Positions 8,675 to 17,270 are shown, counted from the first letter of the stretch. The stretch: 38,533 nucleotides of DNA from a virus (IMGVR_UViG_3300034410_000409:1-38533); one strand, 5' to 3'. Program-made: numbers and translations. Notes: a model not told the origin generated them from the letters alone.

Positions 8675-8900
8675 GGTATTCTTTCCGCCAAGATGATCCT
8701 ACTGTACCAAGACCACTGCCGGAGAGATATACTTGCCACATGATACGAGATACTTCAGCTGAATTTGGTGCCTTGTCAAGATCGTACTGAAGACGATTTA
8801 AAGCACGCGGTTTAGTCTTTGGACTAAGCATCTTTAGTGCTTCTTCACGAGCTTTTTCCAAAGGCATTTTATCAAGTTTTTGAAGAGTTTCAATATCCAT
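8667..8900 (-). CDS. Hypothetical protein
   Basis: ORF packed in the operon with an AAGGA RBS. Confidence 0.75.
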   Translation of the reverse strand: MDIETLQKLDKMPLEKAREEALKMLSPKTKPRALNRLQYDLDKAPNSAEVSRIMWQVYLSGSGLGTVGSSWRKEYHA

Positions 8901-8912
8901 TACAAAAGTTCC

Positions 8913-9200
8913 TTAAGTTCTATCGTAGACGTAAACGTCAGCATGAGTAGCAAGACTTAGTGGAAGAGATTGATCATAACCTCTCCTTCTACCTTTACCA
9001 TATCTTGCTTCGGAATGCACTGCCCTAGGACCTCTACCTTGAAGTTTAACACGCTTTGGTGTTTCGAGAGGGTGAGCTGTGTTGTGCATTTTGACAACCA
9101 TTTTAAGACCGTCGAGCGACGCTTGATCTTCTGGAGCAACTTGTCCATCGATCATTTTAACAGTTGTGTAGTAAGCTTGAGTTCTATTTTGGTTTTTCAT
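8913..9200 (-). CDS. Hypothetical early protein
   Basis: First ORF after the 9228-9256 promoter; AAGGA RBS. Confidence 0.75.
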   Translation of the reverse strand: MKNQNRTQAYYTTVKMIDGQVAPEDQASLDGLKMVVKMHNTAHPLETPKRVKLQGRGPRAVHSEARYGKGRRRGYDQSLPLSLATHADVYVYDRT

Positions 9201-9227
9201 AATATATCCTTATTAATTTATAGTACT

Positions 9228-9256
9228 ATTATACATCATTTAAGAACGAATGTCAA
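9228..9256 (-). promoter_or_regulatory. Sigma70-type early promoter, likely driving the DNA-modification operon
   Basis: TTGACA-N17-TATAAT. Confidence 0.85.
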
Positions 9257-9269
9257 CAGTTATTTTAAA

Positions 9270-9524
9270 TTAATTTGAAGTTATTTCATCCATTAGCTGG
9301 GTAAACACTTTGTGTGCTTCAGAAAAGTTAGAGTAGGAGTTACTAGTTAGGCCTTCAAGTTCTATGCACTCTAGAACGTACTCTCCATCTTCTTTGCCCC
9401 ACATCCAGCTGTTCTTATAAAAGCCGTCGGAATCTTCGATCAACTCGTTCACAAGAACATAGCCTTTGTACTTATAAGACTCATCGAACCAACCGATTCG
9501 TTGCTTCTCATGCCAAACAGTCAT
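9270..9524 (-). CDS. Hypothetical protein
   Basis: Translationally coupled (TAATG) to the upstream ORF. Confidence 0.7.
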   Translation of the reverse strand: MTVWHEKQRIGWFDESYKYKGYVLVNELIEDSDGFYKNSWMWGKEDGEYVLECIELEGLTSNSYSNFSEAHKVFTQLMDEITSN

Positions 9525-9961
9525 TACGCGTATTCCTTAAATGTTACTACATCAAGGAGCTTTTCAACAAGCTCTCTGCCGTAATCAGTGAATAGAATAC
9601 CACGATCCCAGACGAAGTGCTCAACACACTGACCTGAGTAAAAATCTTCACCCTCAGTAATCCACCTAAGAGCAGTTGTTTCATCACCAGCGCCTAACGC
9701 AATTGCCTTAGCAATTTCAGCTTTCATGGCCGCGACGTCTTCTTCTTTTTGAAGCTTAGACTCTTTTATCTGCGCTTCCATCTCAGCGTCCATCTGATCG
9801 AGTGATTTCTCAAGAGCTTCAGCCGAAAGACCTAGGTAGTAATCCCAGGTAGAACCACGCGGGCGAAAGCCGTTGAGGTCCTTGAAGTAATCCGAAAAGC
9901 ACATGTCGTGCAGTTCAGTATTACGTTCGGCGGTGTTTGCTTCAGAGTTAATGCGATTCAT
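9524..9961 (-). CDS. Hypothetical phage early protein
   Basis: SDYFKDLNGFRPR motif recalled from phage early proteins; GAGG RBS. Confidence 0.75.
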   Translation of the reverse strand: MNRINSEANTAERNTELHDMCFSDYFKDLNGFRPRGSTWDYYLGLSAEALEKSLDQMDAEMEAQIKESKLQKEEDVAAMKAEIAKAIALGAGDETTALRWITEGEDFYSGQCVEHFVWDRGILFTDYGRELVEKLLDVVTFKEYA

Positions 9962-9973
9962 CTTAATAGCCTC

Positions 9974-10237
9974 TTATTTAGTGTAACCTAGTTTTAGAAA
10001 TTCTTCAGCTTCAGCTTGAGTAACTCCAGAAAGTTTAAGTACTTCCTTAAGATTACGTGGGCCAAATGATGTACCAAAGCGAGTAAGAGCATCACCGAAG
10101 GAGCTCATACGATTTGATCGAGCAATTTCGTCATCTTTCAAACCTTTCATAGGCATGTTAACTGAGATATCCATCAGTTTGCGACCAATTGCAGCAACTA
10201 TAACTTGATTTTTAGTAGGATCATAAGGTGATTTCAT
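9974..10237 (-). CDS. Hypothetical early protein
   Basis: Likely start MKSPY after AAGGA, downstream of a promoter. Confidence 0.7.
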   Translation of the reverse strand: MKSPYDPTKNQVIVAAIGRKLMDISVNMPMKGLKDDEIARSNRMSSFGDALTRFGTSFGPRNLKEVLKLSGVTQAEAEEFLKLGYTK

Positions 10238-10269
10238 AGTATTTCGTTCCTTTTTCAATTTATATAGCC

Positions 10270-10298
10270 ATTATATATCATCTTAAAACGAATGTAAA
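10270..10298 (-). promoter_or_regulatory. Early promoter
   Basis: TTTACA-N17-TATAAT with an A-tract UP element. Confidence 0.8.
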
Positions 10299-10343
10299 GG
10301 CTTTTTTTCACTTTTTTTTGTGACAAAGTGTCACACCTATTCC

Positions 10344-10670
10344 TTAATCTAAACGATAAGCAACGTGACATTTGATTCCAGCGTCTCTTTCCATGATTGC
10401 GGCATATGCCTCAGCACCAGCTTTTTTAGCACTCATATCTTGAGTATTTACATTGGAAGGATTCCAACAATGAAGACCAGTACCTACATAAGGCTTTTTG
10501 AAACCGTGCTCTTTAAGCACTTTACCAACCTTTGTGTTACCACGTACTCTTGCTTCAACCCAAGCAAAACCACAATTAAACATACCTTCACCGTACTGAT
10601 CAATGTATTCTTTTGCCGCTAGCTCAGCAGCCATCTCAGCTTTACCAATTACTTTAATAAGTTCGTTCAT
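10344..10670 (-). CDS. Hypothetical phage protein (CGFAWV motif)
   Basis: AAGGA RBS and its own promoter. Confidence 0.75.
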   Translation of the reverse strand: MNELIKVIGKAEMAAELAAKEYIDQYGEGMFNCGFAWVEARVRGNTKVGKVLKEHGFKKPYVGTGLHCWNPSNVNTQDMSAKKAGAEAYAAIMERDAGIKCHVAYRLD

Positions 10671-10700
10671 GTTTAAGTTCCTTTATCAATTTATAGAGCT

Positions 10701-10729
10701 ATTATATTCGGTTTGAGAACAAATGTCAA
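10701..10729 (-). promoter_or_regulatory. Early promoter
   Basis: TTGACA-N17-TATAAT. Confidence 0.85.
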
Positions 10730-10766
10730 CTGTTTTTTAGATCATTTTGTTATAAAAAGATGTTTC

Positions 10767-10985
10767 TTATAACTCTTCTACAGTGATTCTGTAGGCTTTA
10801 CCGTTTGAATCTGTACAGTCTATGGTCTTTCGAGTTGATTGGAAGTAGCCTTCAGTTGGATGAAGATCCAGCATGACGCCACCAACGAGGCCATTGATCG
10901 TATCAAAGTGTTGATCTTCTGGCTTGATGGATACCAAAGCCTTTCGAATAAAAGATGCGAAAGCGTCGCAATAAGCTAAGTTCAT
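10767..10985 (-). CDS. Hypothetical protein
   Basis: ORF directly following 10988-11362. Confidence 0.7.
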   Translation of the reverse strand: MNLAYCDAFASFIRKALVSIKPEDQHFDTINGLVGGVMLDLHPTEGYFQSTRKTIDCTDSNGKAYRITVEEL

Positions 10986-10987
10986 AA

Positions 10988-11362
10988 TTAAGCCGCCTTT
11001 TCTAATTTGGAGTTAAAAGCTTTGAAACCGTAGGAGGATACAACCACCATTTCACCTGTCTCGTCGATGATCACGTCAGCAACCGAGATTGAGTGCATAG
11101 ATGATAAACGTTCGATGCTTTCCTCTGGACCGATGTTACCGATATGGAACACTTCGTTAAGGTTCTCAGCTACAATATTACAAACGTGGGTGTAGTAACC
11201 ATTGTCCCATGCTTCAGAGGCTTGATCAGCAATCTTGTCACCGCTGAAATCCATAGTCATATCCATTTTAGCTACATGAGCAGGAACAGCCATATGACCT
11301 TCAGCATTGATTAAGTCATACTGAGCCTTACTTAGCTTGATTTGATAGATTGAATATTTCAT
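10988..11362 (-). CDS. YodL-like domain protein
   Basis: YSIYQ N-terminus, LNEVFHIGN and MHSISVADVI, as in YodL-like HSLSVSDVV. Confidence 0.6.
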   Translation of the reverse strand: MKYSIYQIKLSKAQYDLINAEGHMAVPAHVAKMDMTMDFSGDKIADQASEAWDNGYYTHVCNIVAENLNEVFHIGNIGPEESIERLSSMHSISVADVIIDETGEMVVVSSYGFKAFNSKLEKAA

Positions 11363-11392
11363 ATTTTAGCCTCTTGTTTAATTTATATGTAT

Positions 11393-11421
11393 ATTATACA
11401 TCATCTCAAAACAAATGTCAA
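11393..11421 (-). promoter_or_regulatory. Early promoter
   Basis: TTGACA-N17-TATAAT. Confidence 0.85.
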
Positions 11422-11527
11422 CAAAAAAATGAAATTAAATCAAATTAAATTCCTAATGAAAACAACGGCTTGTAAAATAATTGAAAGTTTTTTGAAAAAG
11501 ACGTCCATGTCTGCGGTCTTTCCGTGA

Positions 11528-11614
11528 TTATTTAGAGGCTTTTTTAACACCAGAAGCTGCTTTAGCAACTTTCTTAGTGTACGACACGCCTCTATAGGTT
11601 AGTTCTATAGTCAT
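11528..11614 (-). CDS. 28-aa YRG-motif basic peptide (DUF4278-like)
   Basis: MTIELTYRGVSYTKKVAKAASGVKKASK with a strong AAGGAG RBS; not in the ORF track. Confidence 0.7.
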   Translation of the reverse strand: MTIELTYRGVSYTKKVAKAASGVKKASK

Positions 11615-11682
11615 CGTAATTCTCCTTATTCGGATTATACGATTCTTTTAACGCATGAACCAATGCGGATCTCTTAAGTGGA

Positions 11683-11886
11683 TCAGGCTGTTTGTTTTTC
11701 GTATCTCTGTACTAGCACAGCAACATTAGAGTGTGAGCCAGTTTTAATAGAACTTAATGCACCAAATAAACATTGGTTAGCACCTGTGGGTAGCAAAAGC
11801 TTCATGGATTGTAAAGCTTCGTCTATTTGATCAGCCGTTACAGAATCTGGATTATCTTGCCATTGTTTTACTAGTTCAATACTCAT
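11683..11886 (-). CDS. Hypothetical protein
   Basis: ORF following the structural genes. Confidence 0.65.
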   Translation of the reverse strand: MSIELVKQWQDNPDSVTADQIDEALQSMKLLLPTGANQCLFGALSSIKTGSHSNVAVLVQRYEKQTA

Positions 11887-11899
11887 ATTTACTTATTCC

Positions 11900-12967
11900 T
11901 TAGAAGTTAAACTTCACATATGGATCAAATACTTGGAAGCCACCTGTGAGTTCAGCAGCAGCCTCTAAATCAGGATCCATATAAGACGCGTTTTCTGCAA
12001 AGAAAATATTAAAGTTCACGTGATTAAAAGTCTCGCCAACTGACCTTTCTGGAACAAACGTAAATTCAATAAGTTGAAAGTCTTCAAAGTTATCTTGATC
12101 TAAGAAAGCTTGTTCAGTCACGTGAGCAGTGCCTTGCATATGATAGGGAGTGTGCGTGCCATTAGTAGGAGATGATGGTTCATCGTCTGGTCGTGCGCTT
12201 AGTCCATTCCAATTATATTCTCCTTGATCGCCAGTTAATGTCCCAGTCGGTAAAGTGTAACTTGGATTGTTGGCGCCGATGGCGATATAGTTAACGTGAC
12301 GTTCATCAGAAGAGTCTACTTGTGTAGTAGAAATACCAGCAAAAGATAATGGTCTTAATTTGTCGTCAGCGCTAATTTTTACTCTTGCGCCAACAGTAAT
12401 TGATGCTGCCGTTACAGGAACGTAAACACGCTGTGTCCATTCATATCTTATCCAAAGCCCTGTGTTACTCATTTGTGTTGAGCCGTCTATTGTTGACAGG
12501 GTTGTATTGCTTATAAGCTTGCACAAAGCGTGATCATCAGAATGTCCATTAAAGAAGCTGGCTCTAGTTGGGTCTTCATTGCTATAATGCTCATTATCCC
12601 ATAGATATCCTGAGCCATACATTTTCATAACTCTTGCATCACCATCATCTGGGACGTACCCTACTAATTCGTATGGATCAAATCTTTCTAAAAAGAAGTT
12701 TCCAACAAAAGAGCCGTATCCATCGTTAAAGAGCGGCGAAAAATGCAACCAATTTCTTATAGGTGCAAATGTTCCTTCTATCTCAGTAGCGTTGCTTTCA
12801 TAAACACCGTTGCCGACAGTCCAGGTTGGATAATTACCGTGTTCAAATAGAGTATTATAAAGACGGTTGCCTGTATAAGGCAATGCCTGCTTGTTCGTAG
12901 TATTTTCACCCGCGGTTCTCGCTAAGTATAATCCGTGAACACCTTTGATGCCTTTGCCAAGTTTCAT
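11900..12967 (-). CDS. Putative virion structural protein
   Basis: Aromatic/G/S/T-rich, beta-like composition, in the late cluster. Confidence 0.55.
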   Translation of the reverse strand: MKLGKGIKGVHGLYLARTAGENTTNKQALPYTGNRLYNTLFEHGNYPTWTVGNGVYESNATEIEGTFAPIRNWLHFSPLFNDGYGSFVGNFFLERFDPYELVGYVPDDGDARVMKMYGSGYLWDNEHYSNEDPTRASFFNGHSDDHALCKLISNTTLSTIDGSTQMSNTGLWIRYEWTQRVYVPVTAASITVGARVKISADDKLRPLSFAGISTTQVDSSDERHVNYIAIGANNPSYTLPTGTLTGDQGEYNWNGLSARPDDEPSSPTNGTHTPYHMQGTAHVTEQAFLDQDNFEDFQLIEFTFVPERSVGETFNHVNFNIFFAENASYMDPDLEAAAELTGGFQVFDPYVKFNF

Positions 12968-12968
12968 A

Positions 12969-13514
12969 TTAGGGATCCAACTTTACTAGACCAGAGCCAT
13001 AAATTATATAGTTAGGAGTAGTACTAGTTCCGCCGGCTGCGTTATCGTCTATACAGACAATATCTACGATTCCACCAGACAAAACCTCGAAATTATTTTC
13101 TACTGCGAATGCTGAGTTACCATTTAATGCATGAACATTCTGAGTGCCAGTATCAATAATTAAGGGAAACGCAGAAGCGTTGCCTATCGTCCACTCTGAA
13201 CCTACGTTAATCGCCGCTGGTTGAAATAAATTAACCGTTGTAGTTACACTTGCACCAGCGCCTTTTTTGATTATTCTTTGATTTGTAAATGCTTCAAACT
13301 CTGCACCAGTAATTGTTTCATCATTAGTAAGCGTTAAAGCGTTAGAAATATTACCGCTGAGCGTAACTTCGTTTCCGCCAGGAGTAACTCCATCAGATAA
13401 TCTTAACCCACCAGTATCTGGGTTCCAAAAGATTTCGCCTTTGAGACCTATATAAGTTTCAGGGTTGTTACCACCCAGTTTAGTTAAAAATGCGCTGTAA
13501 GTTGTTGTAGCCAT
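12969..13514 (-). CDS. Putative fibre or virion accessory protein (Mtd-N-like attachment domain)
   Basis: YIG..GEIFWNP.TG.LRLSDGVTPGG N-terminus, shared with 25587-26483. Confidence 0.6.
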   Translation of the reverse strand: MATTTYSAFLTKLGGNNPETYIGLKGEIFWNPDTGGLRLSDGVTPGGNEVTLSGNISNALTLTNDETITGAEFEAFTNQRIIKKGAGASVTTTVNLFQPAAINVGSEWTIGNASAFPLIIDTGTQNVHALNGNSAFAVENNFEVLSGGIVDIVCIDDNAAGGTSTTPNYIIYGSGLVKLDP

Positions 13515-13569
13515 TTTGTTTGTCCTTTAGTATTAATTGTATTACCTGATATTTATCAAGTTTACTTGT

Positions 13570-15735
13570 TTATGGTTCTTGATCGCATAAAAGAGAGCAG
13601 TAGAAGCTAGCAAGAACGTCAGTCGTTCCAACTTCTCTAATAGACACCGTACCAAATGCTGAAGTCGGATTTATGTTGTTGCCACTATCTTGTATTGCCC
13701 AAGTTCTCGTAGTCCCTAAGTTATACCAAACGCCGTCTGAGTTTTCATCAAGAGTAGATGTAAAGTCACCAGCACCAGATTGGAACCAAGTAAATTGCCA
13801 TCTAACTTCATAATCAGAAGCAGTTCCATAGTTGAGCCACGTTTGGGGTTGCCCGGATACTGTAGTTGGACCACCGCCACCACCGAGACCGGCTGCTGTA
13901 ATTGTACCATTATTTGAAATTGTCCACTCAGCTGAGCATTGAGTGCCAAGCCCCGCTGCAACAGAGTTAACGGTTAATTGGTTTAAACCTGGATTGACCT
14001 CCTGCGAGCTGCCAGACCAAACTGTTCTATAATAACCAGAATCGAGAATATTACTCCCCGACGCATCATCAGCAATTTCAACTTTAGTTTGCATAAATCT
14101 CGTAGTAGAGTCTGGAGATGAACTACTAAAATAACGAAACCCTCGATCGGCGTCGAGAGGATGCCAAGTACCAAGTTGGTCACCTTGATTTGCCGTAACT
14201 CTTGTGGCACCTGAAAGGTTTTCTTCGTGATAAATCGCCCAGTTCTGTGTATAAGAAGAACCCGTTTGTGACGTTCCTCGGTAATATGTTTTACCACCGG
14301 TTGTAAGCTGCGTTACGCCCTGCGCTGAAGATGGTGGTTGATATTGTTGTTGATATACCATTACACTGTTTCTTACAATCTTTAAGGTTGCGTAGTTGCC
14401 ATAAAAGTCTTGAGTAACTCTCCAAAAATCAGTAGCGGTATTGTAATCTTCACCTGTTGCCGGAACACGAGCCGTACCTGACATTGTTGCTCCCGTGTCA
14501 TCTAGAAATCTTATCCAATAGTCTTGTACTGGGGTAACATTACACCATTGATCGGTAGCATATAGTTGAGGAGCTGCAACGTCTCTGTAATCAGTTTTTT
14601 CAACTTTGCCTCCCGCTAAGAAATTAAAGCCGTTGTTAGTAACCCAATTTGACGGGCTGCCAACTTGCGGTAATGGAGAAGAACCACCAAATGACTCAGG
14701 AGATCCAGTTGTACCCGACAGGTTTATATTTTCAGCTAAACCAAAAGTAAATTTTAGATTTTTGTTAAAAGAAGAATTAGTTACTGCAGATCCAGTTGGA
14801 AACTTTTGTGTCCTATATGTAGAACCATCTAATCTTGTAGAGTATCCACTACCGGTAGGACTTAAAAAAGTATTTTGATACGTGTCGCCCTGTGTTGTGC
14901 CAGCTCCATTGAGATTATAATCAATAGTATAGTTTGCATCGCCGCCAGCTAAGTAGTATTGCAAAAACGGATATACTAAGGTTGCCATTGAGTCTAAATC
15001 ATGACCACGAATTTGTTCTGTACCAGCATCAAAATATATTGGCATGCGTTCGAACATAAGACTAGTGTCGCCATCAGCAAAATCAGGAGTATTCTTGAAA
15101 AGATAATAATTAGTGTCGATCGTCTGCTTTTTAGTTTCAGGTATCTGGCTAGATTGATATGCAGATGTGTCCGCTCTACTATCAACTGCCACTGGCGTAG
15201 CACTAACACGAGTTGCATAGGGTAGCGAAGTAGCTGTTGATATGAAGTATCTACCACCGGACAAGAAATTAGTGTGGTCTTCTTGAGCAAGTTTATTTAA
15301 ACCTGGCAAGATAAATGTATCGATAAAATCTTGGCGTGTCATTGCTCTGAGCTCTCGATCAGAATCTCCACCTGCTCCAGCAGCCGTTAAATATAAAGGG
15401 TATTGAAAATTGTTCGTGTCTGTTGTAGGCAATGCTGCGTAGTCATTAACAATTCTTATATTATTATAGTAATCTGTAACCGTCTCAACACTTGGAGTGT
15501 CTGCTTCAGAAACATAACTACCGGCCTGGGCTGTAGCGTCACCAGCAATAAAATATGTGTCTTCAAAATTTTGGTTTGGCATTAGAACACCATTAGTTCC
15601 GCCAACCTCTAAGCGTACTGGCGTAAATGTACCGTGCCAATCAGATATAACTTCTGCTAGATCTTCGACGTCTGCGGTTACGTATTCTCTTATTGTGCCC
15701 TGGCTGTCCATGTAACATGGGGTTCTTACGGCCAT
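13570..15735 (-). CDS. Putative virion structural or tail-associated protein
   Basis: 721 aa, T/S/G-rich, downstream of a late promoter. Confidence 0.6.
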   Translation of the reverse strand: MAVRTPCYMDSQGTIREYVTADVEDLAEVISDWHGTFTPVRLEVGGTNGVLMPNQNFEDTYFIAGDATAQAGSYVSEADTPSVETVTDYYNNIRIVNDYAALPTTDTNNFQYPLYLTAAGAGGDSDRELRAMTRQDFIDTFILPGLNKLAQEDHTNFLSGGRYFISTATSLPYATRVSATPVAVDSRADTSAYQSSQIPETKKQTIDTNYYLFKNTPDFADGDTSLMFERMPIYFDAGTEQIRGHDLDSMATLVYPFLQYYLAGGDANYTIDYNLNGAGTTQGDTYQNTFLSPTGSGYSTRLDGSTYRTQKFPTGSAVTNSSFNKNLKFTFGLAENINLSGTTGSPESFGGSSPLPQVGSPSNWVTNNGFNFLAGGKVEKTDYRDVAAPQLYATDQWCNVTPVQDYWIRFLDDTGATMSGTARVPATGEDYNTATDFWRVTQDFYGNYATLKIVRNSVMVYQQQYQPPSSAQGVTQLTTGGKTYYRGTSQTGSSYTQNWAIYHEENLSGATRVTANQGDQLGTWHPLDADRGFRYFSSSSPDSTTRFMQTKVEIADDASGSNILDSGYYRTVWSGSSQEVNPGLNQLTVNSVAAGLGTQCSAEWTISNNGTITAAGLGGGGGPTTVSGQPQTWLNYGTASDYEVRWQFTWFQSGAGDFTSTLDENSDGVWYNLGTTRTWAIQDSGNNINPTSAFGTVSIREVGTTDVLASFYCSLLCDQEP

Positions 15736-15761
15736 ATCAATTCCTCACTTATAAATGATTA

Positions 15762-15965
15762 TTAAATTGTACCGTCTGACGCGGCATAGAGTGATTTAAT
15801 AGTCACACCGGCTGAATTAACGATAGCAAGTTGCGATCCAACTGTTGACGTTTGGTTTACAATTGCGAAATTGATTGTGTTTGCCGTGAGTGCGTCAACA
15901 CCAGTTATATTTTCTAGGTTGCGCGTATCACTGATGATTATGTTGCCTGATATTTTGATCGCCAT
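15762..15965 (-). CDS. Small putative virion protein
   Basis: MAIKISG..IISDTR.L.NI fibre-type N-terminus; AGGAG RBS. Confidence 0.6.
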   Translation of the reverse strand: MAIKISGNIIISDTRNLENITGVDALTANTINFAIVNQTSTVGSQLAIVNSAGVTIKSLYAASDGTI

Positions 15966-16002
15966 CTTCGTCTCCTATTGACTATTAGCTTTGTATTAAG
16001 TC

Positions 16003-16014
16003 TATTTATAAATA
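16003..16014. promoter_or_regulatory. Bidirectional T4-type late promoter
   Basis: Palindrome TATTTATAAATA gives TATAAATA on both strands, between divergent genes. Confidence 0.75.
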
Positions 16015-16077
16015 TTACATTGAGTCGAACTTTGTTATGTGTAAATAATTTCATATTATAACTAGGAGAATAATACA

Positions 16078-16407
16078 ATGGCAAAGACAACAATTGACGC
16101 CGAAGCTGCAGCAGAAATGGATGTGAATGGCGACGGTCACATTTCAGCTGAAGAAATGGCCATGCACTTAGAATTTAAACGTAAAGCTTTAGAAGATAAA
16201 GACGCCCAACGAGACGCTATTCGTAAAATGGCTTGGTTCTCATTGATTGGATTATTAGTATATCCATTAGCGATTATTTTAACTTCATGGTTGCAATTAG
16301 ATACGGCGGCTAAATTAGTAGCTGATATCGCACCAACATACTTTGCATCAATCGCAGTATTAGTTTCAGCTTTCTTTGCTGCTGATGCCGTCGGCGGTAA
16401 AAAGTAA
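16078..16407 (+). CDS. EF-hand-containing two-TM membrane protein
   Basis: DVNGDGHISAEE EF-hand loop followed by two hydrophobic segments. Confidence 0.75.
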   Translation: MAKTTIDAEAAAEMDVNGDGHISAEEMAMHLEFKRKALEDKDAQRDAIRKMAWFSLIGLLVYPLAIILTSWLQLDTAAKLVADIAPTYFASIAVLVSAFFAADAVGGKK

Positions 16408-16413
16408 GAATAC

Positions 16414-16452
16414 AAAAAAATAGGGAGGCTAAATCAATAGCTTCCCTATTTC
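16414..16452. terminator. Bidirectional intrinsic terminator
   Basis: AAATAGGGAGGCTA / TAGCTTCCCTATTT stem between convergent genes, with an A7 tract. Confidence 0.75.
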
Positions 16453-16466
16453 TCTATTACGATATC

Positions 16467-16727
16467 TTATAGATCGTATACGCCAAGAATAAATTCTTCA
16501 TTTATCAGTATAGCTTTTTCTCCATTAAGAGTTATCGGCATTCCTTTACTCCAATCTAGAGCAACCTTGTCCTTAGGTTTAATTTGCTCTGCTAAAGGGC
16601 CAACCGCTACAACAAATCCTGGTTTAGATCCTGTTTCAACGTTCGTTTGTAGAATAATACCACCGGCTGTGGTTTTCGTATCTTCACCAGCATCTACTAC
16701 TAGTATGTTTCTTTTAGTGGGTTTCAT
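16467..16727 (-). CDS. groES: GroES-like co-chaperonin
   Basis: KP...NILV, TTAGGIIL mobile loop, G.VVAVGP and ILINEEFILG. Confidence 0.9.
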   Translation of the reverse strand: MKPTKRNILVVDAGEDTKTTAGGIILQTNVETGSKPGFVVAVGPLAEQIKPKDKVALDWSKGMPITLNGEKAILINEEFILGVYDL

Positions 16728-16756
16728 AAGTCTCCATAGATATAGTCAATTAAATT

Positions 16757-16946
16757 AGGCCCGCCCTATGTGAATGGCTTTTGTTTGGTCCATCCGCATT
16801 TGATTTATTCCTATACCGACGGGCAATATAGGTATAGGTTGTTAACCTAGGATACAGATGCAAGTAGTTAACAACCTAACCTACCTGGTCCGCTCCGCGT
16901 AGATTGCTCTTGACCGAAAAAGTTGGTCGTAGGCTGGTCGCAGAGA
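16757..16946 (-). ncRNA. Candidate structured ncRNA or groES leader with two pseudoknots
   Basis: At least seven helices found by eye; see findings. Confidence 0.55.
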
Positions 16947-16967
16947 ATACGTATTATACGTACTTAA

Positions 16968-17270
16968 TTATTCTACAGCTGCAGATTCTGCGTCAATTTC
17001 TTCTTGAGTACGACGCAAATTCAAGTCACCTTCAGCAATTGGCTGAAAAATTAATCTCGTGTCTTCTTGCAAATCAATATCAGCAAATACGTGAGTGGTT
17101 ACAATACCACCAGTTACAGGTGAATCGTAAGTAACTTCGTATTGAGCTTCGCCAGAAGCATTTAGCTCTAAGTAAGTAGAACTTAATAATTCAACAGTAT
17201 CGTGTCCAGCTTCGTCCATCAACTCGTTAAGACGAGCTAAAGATAATTCTTCTATATTTTCTGACGACAT
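16968..17270 (-). CDS. Acidic hypothetical late protein
   Basis: AAGGA RBS; TATAAATA at 17306-17313 on the minus strand. Confidence 0.7.
   Translation of the reverse strand: MSSENIEELSLARLNELMDEAGHDTVELLSSTYLELNASGEAQYEVTYDSPVTGGIVTTHVFADIDLQEDTRLIFQPIAEGDLNLRRTQEEIDAESAAVE

Noticed and set aside
16757-16946. tmRNA, RNase P or glmS identity for the structured RNA, and the 76-aa ORF at 16904
   Set aside because: No tRNA-like acceptor or T-arm, no GAGGAAAGUCC and no glmS core were seen. The ORF is antisense to a real gene.
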